From: Clostridiales bacterium
Lineage (GTDB): Bacteria; Bacillota; Clostridia; Christensenellales; JAISNN01
Direction: 5' to 3'
DNA length: 64,000 nt
Assembly: GCA_031275485.1 (NCBI GenBank)
Contig: JAISOS010000004.1
Coordinates: 2,163 to 66,162 of the forward strand
Shown here: positions 37,771 to 47,247 of the stretch, piece by piece
Layout: every line of letters starts with the position of its first letter
Position numbering within the stretch: the stretch's first letter is position 1
Notes under the pieces: generated by a model
The model's input: only the letters and a program-made list of their open reading frames with translations
Told to the model about the DNA's origin: nothing
Databases searched by the model: none
Made by a program: the position numbers and the translations under genes

Positions 37771-37829
37771 TGTAAAAATCCTTTATACTTTATCTTTTTT
37801 CATATGTGCTTCCGCGCCGTCAAATTTTT

Positions 37830-39266
37830 TTATTTTTCTATGCCCGAGCATTTTTCCTTAGCTTCCAATATTTCCTTGTCGCAACGGTCTATATCCACGT
37901 TGTATTTGCCCGTGAAACAGCCCGAGCAAAAGCCCAGTCTGCAATCGGAGCAGGCGGCTTTCATTCCCTCCAGGCTAATATAAGCAAGGCTGTCAACGCC
38001 GATTTTTTCGGCTATTTCCTCGACGCTTAGATTGTTCGCGATTAGGTTTTCGGCTTTGTCGATATCCGTACCGAAATAACAGCCGTATTTAAACGGAGGC
38101 GAGGATATGCGCATATGCACCTCCTTAGCCCCCGAATCCTTCAACGCCTTGACTGTTTTCGCCGACGTCGTGCCGCGGACTATGCTGTCCTCTATAAGCA
38201 CGATACGCTTGTTTTGGATATTGAATTTAAGAGGATTGAGTTTGACTCTGACCGCGCTCTCGCGCTCTATCTGCGAGGGATATATAAAGCTTCTGCCCAC
38301 GTAGCGGTTTTTGACGAACGCGCTGACAAGCGGCAGACCGCTGCCGTAGGCGTAGCCCGCCGCGCAATCCAAACCGCTGTCGGGAACGCCCGCCACGCAA
38401 TCCGCATCCGCAGGATATTCTTTCGCTAAACGCGCGCCCATATCAAAACGCGCCTTGTATACGCTCTGCCCGTCTATCACCGAATCGGGACGCGCGAAAT
38501 AGACGTACTCAAATATGCAAAAGCCACTACGCCCGGGCTCCGCGAATCTCTCCGCGCCCGTAATTTTCCCGTTTTCCGCGACGACGATTTCGCCCGGCTC
38601 AACGTCGCGGAGAAAATTAAAGCCGCAACTGTCGAGCGCGACGCTCTCCGACGCCGCCATAATGCCGTAAGCGTTTTGCCCTATACAGAGCGGGCGGAAA
38701 CCGAATCCGTCGCGCACAAGGATTAATTTCCCCGTGCTCGTCATAATAATCAGTGAAAAAGCGCCTCGGATCTGCTTGACGGCTTCCTTGACGCCCTTTG
38801 GCTCGTCGTTATCGTTTTTGACGATATGGTAGGCTATCAGAGAGGATATTACCTCCGAGTCGCTCGTCGCGGCAAAATCCACGCCGAGATTTTTCAGCTT
38901 TTCCTTAATTTCTTTAGCGTTGACGATATTGCCGTTGTGGGCGGTCGCGATTCTGCCCGTCAGATATTCCGTGACGAAAGGCTGTACGTTGTCCAGCGTA
39001 TTGTTGCCCGTAGTGGAATATCGGGTATGCCCGATAGCCAACCTTCCCTTCGGCATATTTTTCAGCGCGTCGCCCGTGAAAACCTCACTTACCAGCCCTC
39101 TTTTTTTGCAATTCGTTATGCGCCGCTCGCTCAATACGGCTATACCCGCACCCTCCTGCCCTCTGTGTTGCAACGCGAGCAAGGCGTTATAAACCAATCC
39201 CGCCGTCTCCTCGACGTTAATACAAACGCCTGCTACGGCGCACTCTTCATGCAGCTTATCCGTCAT
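37830..39266 (-). CDS. purF: amidophosphoribosyltransferase
   Basis: N-terminal nucleophile context EECAVAGV, PRPP motif DSIVRGTT, and C-terminal Cys ligands. Confidence 0.95.
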   Translation of the reverse strand: MTDKLHEECAVAGVCINVEETAGLVYNALLALQHRGQEGAGIAVLSERRITNCKKRGLVSEVFTGDALKNMPKGRLAIGHTRYSTTGNNTLDNVQPFVTEYLTGRIATAHNGNIVNAKEIKEKLKNLGVDFAATSDSEVISSLIAYHIVKNDNDEPKGVKEAVKQIRGAFSLIIMTSTGKLILVRDGFGFRPLCIGQNAYGIMAASESVALDSCGFNFLRDVEPGEIVVAENGKITGAERFAEPGRSGFCIFEYVYFARPDSVIDGQSVYKARFDMGARLAKEYPADADCVAGVPDSGLDCAAGYAYGSGLPLVSAFVKNRYVGRSFIYPSQIERESAVRVKLNPLKFNIQNKRIVLIEDSIVRGTTSAKTVKALKDSGAKEVHMRISSPPFKYGCYFGTDIDKAENLIANNLSVEEIAEKIGVDSLAYISLEGMKAACSDCRLGFCSGCFTGKYNVDIDRCDKEILEAKEKCSGIEK

Positions 39267-39412
39267 AAAACAGGATATCCTCCGAATGATTTAAATCGAT
39301 TTAGCTTGTTTACGCGGTATTCATTATCGCGCCCGACCGCCTGCGCGGTATCTCCTTATAAAAGCGGACGCAATGCCCGCCCTATAAAAATGAAAGTTTT
39401 TTGGAAAGGGGC

Positions 39413-39456
39413 GCGAGTGGGGAAATCTTTTGTGAACGAAAGAGTTTTCCACCCGT
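39413..39456 (-). terminator. palindromic element copy, probable purA terminator
   Basis: GCGAGTGGGGAAATCTTTTGTGAACGAAAGAGTTTTCCACCCGT, 28 bp after the purA stop. The minus-strand flank is CCCCTTTCCAAAAAAC. Confidence 0.55.
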
Positions 39457-39483
39457 ATAAATTCTAAAAAACAAGCCGCATCC

Positions 39484-40809
39484 CTAATACATAAGCACAA
39501 AATCCTCGCGCGCCTGTCCGACGGACACATATTTTATACCCGTGCCGAGCGTTTTTTCGGCGTACTCGATATATTTCAAAGCGTTCGCGGGCAAATCGCT
39601 TTTTTTGCGGCATTTTGATATGTCGCGTTTAAAGCCGTCCATATATTCGATAACGGGCTTTGCGCGGAGCAATCTTTCGTCGGTCATAAATTCCGAACAC
39701 CTCTCGCCGTCAACCTCGTATGCAGTGCAGACGGGTATTTTTTCCATATATGACAAAACGTCGAGCTTAGTCAGGGCAAGCGCGGTAGCTCCTTGTATTT
39801 TCACTCCGTAACTGCTCGCGACCGCGTCGAACGCGCCCACGCGTCTAGGCCTGCCAGTCGCCGCGCCGTATTCTCCGCCCGCCTCTCGGAGCATATCCGC
39901 CTCGAGCCCGGACATCTCGACGACGAAAGGACCCTCGCCTACGCAACTGCTATACGCCTTGACTATGCCGATAACCCCGTCCAGCTTTGCGCGCGGTATG
40001 CCCGCGCCCGAGGGCGCATAGGCGGCTATCGTGGACGACGAGGACGTGTACGGAAATATTCCGAAATCTATATCCCGCAACGCACCCAATTGCGCCTCGA
40101 ACATGACGTTTTTTTTGAGTTTCAGCGCGTTGTCCAAATACGCTCCCGTATCGGTTATGAATTCCTTTAAAGATCCGCCGTATTTCATAACCCGGTCGAA
40201 TACGGTTTCAGGCTCTATTGTGCCGGACGCGTAGCCGTTAGCTACGAAAAGCGCGTTCCATTCGGCTGTACGAAAGAGGGGCTTGTAGCCCTCCAAAAGT
40301 AAATTTTTCCATTCGACTAAAGAAAACAGCCGTTCCTTTAAAGCGGCCGGGGTTAATATGTCGCCCATCCTGACGGTCTTTTTCATATATTTGTCACCGT
40401 AAACGGGGGCGATTCCGCGCCGCGTCGAACCGAATTTTTTGTCTTTCAGCCTGTCCTCCTCGAGGCAATCCAAAAGTCTGTGATAAGGCAGGCACACCGT
40501 CGCCTTATCGCTGATTTTAAGATTTTCGGGAGTAATTTTTATGCCGCTCGCGCGAAGTCCGTCTATTTCGCCGACCAAATGCTCCAAATCGACGACCATT
40601 CCGGGTCCCATTACGTTGACGGCGCCGTCGCGCAGTATACCCGACGGCAACAGATTCAAAATAAACCGCCCCTTTTCGTTTACGACGGTGTGCCCGGCGT
40701 TGTTTCCGCCCTGATAGCGGGCTATGACATCATAATCCGACGAAAGCAAATCGACCATTCGGCCCTTTCCCTCGTCGCCCCAGTTTACCCCGACAACCGC
40801 CGTAAGCAT
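39484..40809 (-). CDS. purA: adenylosuccinate synthase
   Basis: GDEGKGRMVDLL and QGGNNAGHTV motifs. Confidence 0.95.
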   Translation of the reverse strand: MLTAVVGVNWGDEGKGRMVDLLSSDYDVIARYQGGNNAGHTVVNEKGRFILNLLPSGILRDGAVNVMGPGMVVDLEHLVGEIDGLRASGIKITPENLKISDKATVCLPYHRLLDCLEEDRLKDKKFGSTRRGIAPVYGDKYMKKTVRMGDILTPAALKERLFSLVEWKNLLLEGYKPLFRTAEWNALFVANGYASGTIEPETVFDRVMKYGGSLKEFITDTGAYLDNALKLKKNVMFEAQLGALRDIDFGIFPYTSSSSTIAAYAPSGAGIPRAKLDGVIGIVKAYSSCVGEGPFVVEMSGLEADMLREAGGEYGAATGRPRRVGAFDAVASSYGVKIQGATALALTKLDVLSYMEKIPVCTAYEVDGERCSEFMTDERLLRAKPVIEYMDGFKRDISKCRKKSDLPANALKYIEYAEKTLGTGIKYVSVGQAREDFVLMY

Positions 40810-41098
40810 TTTTTATCCTCCAAATGCAATTTCAATTAATATATTAACGGTATATTTCCAGACACAATAACGCTCGACATTTCGCGCCGCCGCATAACCG
40901 GCATATCGCAGAATAAAACGCATTTCGTACCACAACGCAATTCGGAACAGTAATAAACAACGGACGTTCGCGCCTTTCCCTGAACCGTGATTGCCGTATA
41001 AGCCGAATAATACGGATTTCGCGTCGCATAGCCGGTATATTGCCGAATAACCGCCCTTTTCACCGCCCCGTAACCTGCATAGTATTTATGACTTTATT

Positions 41099-41127
41099 AT
41101 TATACAAGATATGCCCGCTCTTGTCAA
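41099..41127 (-). promoter_or_regulatory. full-consensus promoter TTGACA-17-TATAAT upstream of purA
   Basis: The minus strand reads TTGACA (41127-41122), the 17-nt spacer agagcgggcatatcttg, then TATAAT (41104-41099). This leaves a ~285-nt leader. Confidence 0.65.
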
Positions 41128-41215
41128 TTCAAAAAGCCTCTTATACCGACAATGCTATAATATTTTTTGCCGCCGCCGCCCGAATAAAATATTTTTTTTA
41201 AGTTTCGCAAAACTC

Positions 41216-41244
41216 TTGATTTTTAGCCCGCGATATACTATAAT
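41216..41244 (+). promoter_or_regulatory. promoter TTGATT-17-TATAAT upstream of pit
   Basis: TTGATT at 41216-41221, a 17-nt spacer, then TATAAT at 41239-41244. This leaves a ~170-nt leader. Confidence 0.6.
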
Positions 41245-41419
41245 ATCTCTATCATATAAGGGAAACGGTATGCCGCTCTAATATTTAAACGCCGTTCGGA
41301 AGGTCGGCGGGCTTTTAAAGCCGCCGCCGTCCGTAGGATTTCGGATACGCGGTCTTTTAGATCGCCTTTTTTGTTTCGGTTTTTCAGGCGTTCGGTTTTA
41401 CGGAGCGGTATCGCGATCA

Positions 41420-42445
41420 ATGATTCTCATAGTTCTCATAATCTGCGTTACGCTTGGCTATACGGTTTTTGTAGGCTACAACGACGGCTCTAACGCTATC
41501 GCCACAAGCATAGCCACGCGGGCGATCTCTCACCGCACGGCGGTTATAATCAACATATGCGCGACGGTATTGTCTCCCCTGTCGTTTTATCTCTTCGGAA
41601 TGGATTTTTCAGTCGCCGAAACCATCGGCGGCACGGTAGATTCGGGAACGCTCTTTTCCGAGCGGAACGACAATCTCGCCTATGCGTTCATATTCGCCGG
41701 AGTTTTAAGCGGTCTTTTGTGGTGTCTTTTTTCCGCAAAAAACAAGCTGCCCGTCAGCACTTCGCATTCCCTGCTCGGCGGAATCGCGGGCGCGGGCGTC
41801 GCGGCGTTCGGATTCGCTCCGTTAGCTTGGGACAATTTGCTTTTAAAGGTAGTGCTGACGTCCGTCGCCGTGCCGGCATGCGGCTTCGCGGTCGCATATT
41901 TTATTATGCGTATAGTCAAAAGAGCGGCGTATAAAGTGCCCGTATCCTCCGACGGCGTAATTAAAAAGCTGCAAGCCGTAAACGTCGCGGTGCTTTCCGC
42001 GTCTATCGCCATAAACAACGTCCAAAAACCATTGGGCGTAATGCTTTTAATGTTTGCCGTAACGGGCTTCGCCTGCGACGCGGGCGGCGTTCTCTTTATT
42101 TCCGTAATCGTCCTCGCCGTACTGGCTCTGACTCTCGGCACCTGTCTCGGCGGTACGCGCATCATTCATACGGTCGGAAAAAAGATATACAAAATCAAGC
42201 CGATTCACTCGTTTTTGGCACAGACCTCCGTCGAGGTCGTCATTTTTGCCGCGTCGGGCTTGGGCATACCCGTGAGCGCGGGGCAGGCGGTTTCCTCCAC
42301 CGTTATGGGCGTGGGCGCGTCCGACAGATTCGCAAGCGTGAATTGGTTGAATTCCGTGAGGATATTCGTTTTTTGGGTGCTGACCTTCCCGATTACGTTC
42401 GCGTTTGCCGCGTTTCTGTTTTTATTGCTGAAAATTTTCGTTTAA
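41420..42445 (+). CDS. pit: inorganic phosphate transporter, PiT family
   Basis: GYNDGSNAIATSIATRAIS signature and a polytopic membrane protein profile. Confidence 0.85.
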   Translation: MILIVLIICVTLGYTVFVGYNDGSNAIATSIATRAISHRTAVIINICATVLSPLSFYLFGMDFSVAETIGGTVDSGTLFSERNDNLAYAFIFAGVLSGLLWCLFSAKNKLPVSTSHSLLGGIAGAGVAAFGFAPLAWDNLLLKVVLTSVAVPACGFAVAYFIMRIVKRAAYKVPVSSDGVIKKLQAVNVAVLSASIAINNVQKPLGVMLLMFAVTGFACDAGGVLFISVIVLAVLALTLGTCLGGTRIIHTVGKKIYKIKPIHSFLAQTSVEVVIFAASGLGIPVSAGQAVSSTVMGVGASDRFASVNWLNSVRIFVFWVLTFPITFAFAAFLFLLLKIFV

Positions 42446-42808
42446 AATTCCGTCAGGAAATCCGGTTAAAATTACAAAGAACGGTTAAAGCGCGAACGCG
42501 ACAAGAAAGATGAGATATAATTATCAAAATAATTCCGACGCGATGTTGCGGAATTTAAAAACGCCGTTATTAAAAAATAACGGCGCGGCGACAAAACCGC
42601 ACGCGTAGCATCATCGGAGACCGTTACGTAAAAACACAAAAAAGCTCCGCTTTTTACAGCCGCGTTTTAAGCGGCGGAAAAAATATCCGCCGGACTTGAA
42701 AGGGGAATCACTAATAATCGTTATGAACCGGAATAACGACCGTATAGGTCAATATTAAATTAAAATAAAAAAGCCGTAACGGCGAATACGGCGGATTATA
42801 GGAACGTT

Positions 42809-43399
42809 ATGAGCAAAAAAGTAAATTTTTTCAATATATTACTCGAACAATGTAAAATAATGGAAGAGGCTATGAAATGCCTGAACGAATTTTGCGCCAC
42901 GCACTGCGAAAAAACTGCGGACGAAATTATCGTGCTCGAGGACAAGGGCGATATGGCGCGCCGCATACTGATAGACGAGCTGAATAAAACCTATTTCACC
43001 CCTATCGATCGCGAGGATCTTTTCGCGCTGTCGCGGCTGATAGATGAAATAACCGACAACGCCAAGTCCATGATAGAGGGCGTGCGTCTTTTTAAGGTCA
43101 AACCGAACGGGCAGATGGCGTCCATAACGTCCACGCTCGTGCAAATGACCGAGCATATATACAACGCCGTTTTCAGCATTGAAAAGCATAAGGCGATAGC
43201 CCGAGACGAGGCTCTGAAAGTCAAGGAAAAAGAAAATCTCGTGGCGACTCAATTCCATCAAGCGCTCGCCGAGCTTTTCGAGACGGACGATTTCAGGGCT
43301 ATTTTGAAGTACAGAGAAATTTATAAACATTTGAAGCATTGCTCCGAAATCGCCGACCAAGCTATGGACTTCCTGTTGAATATTCTTGTTAAAATGTAA
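42809..43399 (+). CDS. DUF47/PhoU-like phosphate transport regulator
   Basis: It is paired with a PiT gene. The helical protein has a REIYKHLKHCSEIADQAMDFLLNILVKM C-terminus typical of TIGR00153/DUF47. Confidence 0.75.
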   Translation: MSKKVNFFNILLEQCKIMEEAMKCLNEFCATHCEKTADEIIVLEDKGDMARRILIDELNKTYFTPIDREDLFALSRLIDEITDNAKSMIEGVRLFKVKPNGQMASITSTLVQMTEHIYNAVFSIEKHKAIARDEALKVKEKENLVATQFHQALAELFETDDFRAILKYREIYKHLKHCSEIADQAMDFLLNILVKM

Positions 43400-43411
43400 G
43401 AGCTTGTCTTT

Positions 43412-43436
43412 ATAGCCCCGAACGGCTATTCTTTTT
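43412..43436 (+). terminator. rho-independent terminator after the DUF47 gene
   Basis: ATAGCC-n6-GGCTAT followed by TCTTTTT. Confidence 0.55.
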
Positions 43437-43784
43437 GCGCTTGTACGGAATTCAATCGCAGGCGCCCGTTAAAATGCCGTTTATCTCAATTTTATTCGTA
43501 AGACGTCTTTCACGGCTTGGCGGCGGCGTTTCCGACCGGCGGCGCATATATGGCTTCGTCCCCGGTGGTGCCACGGCAAAAACGCAACGCCCGGCGTCCA
43601 GTATCTATACCGCCTCTTTGCGGCGGTCTTTTTTATGTTGCGGCGCGGCGATTCATACAAAATCTTTGTAATATCCGCGACGTCCGCGCCACCGTTAATA
43701 CCCGTTTTCGGTATTTGTATATTTTATCAAAAAACGCCGTAAAAATCAAACCTTCCGACCCGCCGATCTCACTGCGCCGACCGC

Positions 43785-44405
43785 TCAAAACTTTTCCGTA
43801 TCCACTCCGTTTAACGGTTTATCCTTATCGTAAAAATTCAAATCGGCTTCCGTTATACCGCGAATAACGCGGCAGGGCGAGCCGTAGGCGACGACGTTTG
43901 CGGGTATATCGCGGGTCACGAGACTGCCCGCGCCGATCACCGAGTTGTCCCCTATCGTCACGCCGGGCAGGATAACCGCGTTCGCGCCTATCCAGACGCT
44001 GCGTCCGATTTTCACGGGCTTATTGTACTGCAAACCCTTATCCCTAAGCGCGGGATCGAAAGGATGCGCCGCCGTGATTACCGCGACGTTCGGACCGAAC
44101 ATTGTGCGGTTGCCGACATAGATATGGGTATCGTCCGTGAGCGTCAGATTGAAATTCGCGTATACGCCGACGCCGAAATGGACGTGTTTGCAACCCCAAT
44201 TCGCGTACATCGGCGGCTCGATATAGCACTTTTCGCCGATTTCGGCAAACATTTTTTTTGCGAGGAGCATCCGCCAGATAAGTCCCGAGCGGTTAAAGCG
44301 TTTCAGCCGTCTCAGACAACTCAGTTGTTCAAATATCAGCTTCGGATCGGACGGATCGTAAATTTCGCCGCCGTGCATACGCCGCTTGACTTCCGTAATG
44401 TCCAT
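43785..44405 (-). CDS. maa: maltose/galactoside O-acetyltransferase (hexapeptide-repeat)
   Basis: Mac-domain N-terminus RMHGGEIYDPSDPKL and left-handed beta-helix repeats IGANAVILPGVTIGDNSVIGAGSLV. Confidence 0.8.
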   Translation of the reverse strand: MDITEVKRRMHGGEIYDPSDPKLIFEQLSCLRRLKRFNRSGLIWRMLLAKKMFAEIGEKCYIEPPMYANWGCKHVHFGVGVYANFNLTLTDDTHIYVGNRTMFGPNVAVITAAHPFDPALRDKGLQYNKPVKIGRSVWIGANAVILPGVTIGDNSVIGAGSLVTRDIPANVVAYGSPCRVIRGITEADLNFYDKDKPLNGVDTEKF

Positions 44406-44441
44406 ATAAAATTTCTCCTTTTAACGATACGATAAAATTAC

Positions 44442-44596
44442 GGTATTCCTCGCGTTTTAAGCAAATTTTACTTCCTAAAAACCGCGGATTATTCCTCGTA
44501 TTTTAAGTGAATTATCACTATAAAAACGCGGATTATTCCGCGTTTTGCGATAAAATTACCCGCATAAAAAACCGCGGATTATTTCGTTAATTTCCC
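44442..44596. repeat. ~44-46-bp tandem repeat (3 full units plus the parental unit) overlapping the hydrolase gene 3' end
   Basis: Units start with GG(A)TTATTCC at 44442, 44486, 44530 and 44576. Each ends in AAAAA(C)CGC. Confidence 0.75.
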
Positions 44597-45254
44597 CGTT
44601 ACGTTTCGAGAATAAAAAATGATCCGCGCCGGGCACGATCGTCAACTCCGCGTTCGGCAATTTTTCGGCTATTTCGGCGGTGTGTTCCGCCTTGATTACG
44701 TCCCTCTCGCCCGCTACGACGAGCGTACGCGCGGTTACGCTTTTCAATTTTTCGGCGGTAATTTCGGGCTGCGTCAGCATAATGCGGAAATACCGTCTCA
44801 ATTTTTTGTATTTCGGCATAAACGAAAGGAGCGAAAAGAGGGCGTATTCGATCCTAAGTCCCAAATTAAATACAGACTTCATACCGTCAAATCTCAAATT
44901 CGCCCCTATAATCACCATTTTTTTAACAACGCCGCCGAGCAACGCCGCCGCTTCTATCGCGACTATTCCGCCGTCGGAATAGCCGACGAGCGAAACCGAA
45001 TCCAATCCCTTCGCGCGCACAAAGTCCGCAATGTCGCTTCCCATCGCGGGGAAGTCTATATCACCCTCGAACGCCGATTGACCGTGTCCTCGGCTGTCTA
45101 TCAAAAACACCCGCTTATCCCTCAAAAAAACGTCCTTAGTCCGCTCGAAAGTCTTAACGCTCCCGCCGTTGCCGTGCAGGAATATCACCGCTTCGCCGTT
45201 CTCCGAGCCGTATTCCTCGTAATATAAATCCAAGCCGTTTACTTTTTCAAACAT
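44556..45254 (-). CDS. alpha/beta-fold hydrolase
   Basis: HGNGGS oxyanion region, nucleophile elbow GYSDGG, and a C-terminal GADHF. Confidence 0.8.
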   Translation of the reverse strand: MFEKVNGLDLYYEEYGSENGEAVIFLHGNGGSVKTFERTKDVFLRDKRVFLIDSRGHGQSAFEGDIDFPAMGSDIADFVRAKGLDSVSLVGYSDGGIVAIEAAALLGGVVKKMVIIGANLRFDGMKSVFNLGLRIEYALFSLLSFMPKYKKLRRYFRIMLTQPEITAEKLKSVTARTLVVAGERDVIKAEHTAEIAEKLPNAELTIVPGADHFLFSKRNGEINEIIRGFLCG

Positions 45255-45303
45255 CTCCCTTCTCCTTTAATAAACTTTTTTCGTTAAGGCTCATAAGAAA
45301 TAG

Positions 45304-45333
45304 AACCTTTTGCGGGCAAAAGCCCCTCCCCGC
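45304..45333 (-). terminator. degenerate palindromic element copy after the HD-protein gene
   Basis: AACCTTTTGCGGGCAAAAGCCCCTCCCCGC, 62 bp after the stop. Confidence 0.35.
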
Positions 45334-45394
45334 ATAAAACCTTTTAAAAAATTTAAACGCGCAAATCCACACTCCAAAAAACAAAAAATCCCCT

Positions 45395-46108
45395 TTATTC
45401 AAGGCTTTGATCGCCTTTTTCGGTAACGCTTTTTTCGCCTTTAACCGCCTTAGGCGAATTAATCAGCACGTCGTTAATATACAGCTTAAAGGTACAGCCG
45501 AGCAGATGCGCGGCTTTTTCGCTCATATTGATACGAGAAAGATATATTTCGAAATACTCCATAACCGACGAGGTGCCGTTCATATAAATTCTGCTTGAAA
45601 TCGTCCGTTTTTCGGGATTTATATAGACGGCGTTTTTCTTTATGGCGTGATTGACTCTGTCATGTATTTCATTCGGGTCGTATTTTTGCGTAACCCTGGT
45701 TCGGTGCGCGTCGCTTTTATCCGCGATAATGAGCGCCGCGCTGACGGCGTTCACGGGCGTACCCGTTTCCTCCTCGTGATTGCCTATCGCCGCAGTCACG
45801 GTATTGACGTCCTTTAGTGGCATACCCAATTCCTTTAAAACGTAATAGGCATAAACCGCGCTCACATGACCGTGAAAATTCCTGTTTACGGAATTACCCG
45901 TGTCGTGCATATAACCCGCTATAAAGCCCAGCTCGGCGGTATAATCGTCGAATCCCAATTTTTTTAAAATTTTTTCCGTAACGCGCGCCACATACATAGC
46001 GTGACGCAGTCCGTGTTCGGTATAATTCATTACGTCGAGGCATCTCTCCGAGGCGTTTATCAACTCCAAAACCTCCTCGCTGTTCCTGACCAAATCCTTA
46101 AAACTCAT
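45395..46108 (-). CDS. HD-domain phosphohydrolase
   Basis: HGLRHAMYVA ... GYMHDTGN (H...HD motif). Confidence 0.75.
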   Translation of the reverse strand: MSFKDLVRNSEEVLELINASERCLDVMNYTEHGLRHAMYVARVTEKILKKLGFDDYTAELGFIAGYMHDTGNSVNRNFHGHVSAVYAYYVLKELGMPLKDVNTVTAAIGNHEEETGTPVNAVSAALIIADKSDAHRTRVTQKYDPNEIHDRVNHAIKKNAVYINPEKRTISSRIYMNGTSSVMEYFEIYLSRINMSEKAAHLLGCTFKLYINDVLINSPKAVKGEKSVTEKGDQSLE

Positions 46109-46345
46109 ATATTTCCGTTCTCCTTCCCCGTTTCGCTACGCCTTACTTCGCTTTGCGGCGCCGCCCTATCGTTTCCATACGGTTTCCCTCGCGCACTCAT
46201 TTTACTTTTTTACCCGCGTTTATATCCGCTGTTTTAGTTTATATCCGTTCTTGCATTTATTTATATTTATATTGATTCCGGTCCGCCGTCTAACGCGGTC
46301 CGCCGAGCGCCGCATATAAAAACGCCGAGGTTTTTTAGGAATAGC

Positions 46346-46389
46346 GCGGGGGGGGTGAAGCCTTTTGTGAACAAAAGGCTTCACCCCGC
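46346..46389 (-). terminator. best copy of the palindromic element (perfect 17-bp stem)
   Basis: GCGGGGGGGGTGAAGCCTTTTGTGAACAAAAGGCTTCACCCCGC, 25 bp after the stop of the 258-aa gene. Confidence 0.65.
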
Positions 46390-46413
46390 ATGACCTTAAT
46401 TAAAAAACTAACG

Positions 46414-47190
46414 CTAAAACTCCTCGGTCAGTTCGCCGCCAAGCCGCTCAACCGCGTTTCTTATTTCGATAAACTCGGCTCTTGTCAGCTCCTTAGATCT
46501 CGCGTATTCGGTCAGCGTCTCCGCGCTCCCGCCGTCGCCGCACCGTCCCAAAAGATTGGCGTACAATATAACGTTTCCGCTTTCAAGCAGACCTTCCGTC
46601 ACCGCATTTTTGACGATTTCGCCTCCGTAGCCGCTCAAAATATCCAGCAACATTTCTTTTAATTCCTCGTCTCCGATGTTTCTAAGTCCGTCGGTTCTCG
46701 CCAATATGAGCGAATCCAAGCCCGTTCTTTCGGTTTTCAGCGCGTCAAACGCTGCGTCCGTTATTTTTCTTTCGTATTCGTTATGATCAAAAATTATATC
46801 CGCCAAAAACTCCGTGAATGCAGGATCCGTTTCGGATTCGGCTGCGGATACGGCGAACAGACGCGATGCCGCGCCGCCTTTTTTAAATACCGTCTTTAAA
46901 AGCCCGACTTTTTCATCTGCCGGAAGCGACGCGATGAATTCCAAGGAAATATCCCCCGCCTTCAATTTACTTTCGCAAAGCTCGACGAGATAATCGGCGA
47001 ACCGCCCGTCCGCGTATAGCCCCGCGATGTATCCGAGCGGAAAATCGCCGCCCAAATCATCCGAGGGCTTGCACTTCCATTCCGCGTAGACGGAGGCGTA
47101 AACCTCCTCTATCCTAGACGGCTTGCTTATTTTATTGTCCGCCAAATATCCCAAAAAATATCTCTCAAACACTTTTTCCGCAAAAACCAT
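46414..47190 (-). CDS. hypothetical protein (258 aa)
   Basis: Long ORF with ordinary amino-acid composition, 57 bp downstream of and co-oriented with the 563-aa gene. No motif was recognised. Confidence 0.55.
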   Translation of the reverse strand: MVFAEKVFERYFLGYLADNKISKPSRIEEVYASVYAEWKCKPSDDLGGDFPLGYIAGLYADGRFADYLVELCESKLKAGDISLEFIASLPADEKVGLLKTVFKKGGAASRLFAVSAAESETDPAFTEFLADIIFDHNEYERKITDAAFDALKTERTGLDSLILARTDGLRNIGDEELKEMLLDILSGYGGEIVKNAVTEGLLESGNVILYANLLGRCGDGGSAETLTEYARSKELTRAEFIEIRNAVERLGGELTEEF

Positions 47191-47247
47191 AAATTTTTCT
47201 CCGATTTTTTATGCTTGTTAAACTTTTAATATAGACGCGGCGCAATT

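Noticed and set aside
42563-42586. Perfect palindrome CGCCGTTATT-AAAA-AATAACGGCG between pit and the DUF47 gene, considered as a pit terminator.
   Set aside because: No T-tract follows it on the plus strand. The T-run is on the minus strand, where no gene needs terminating, so the function is unclear and it is not listed as a feature.
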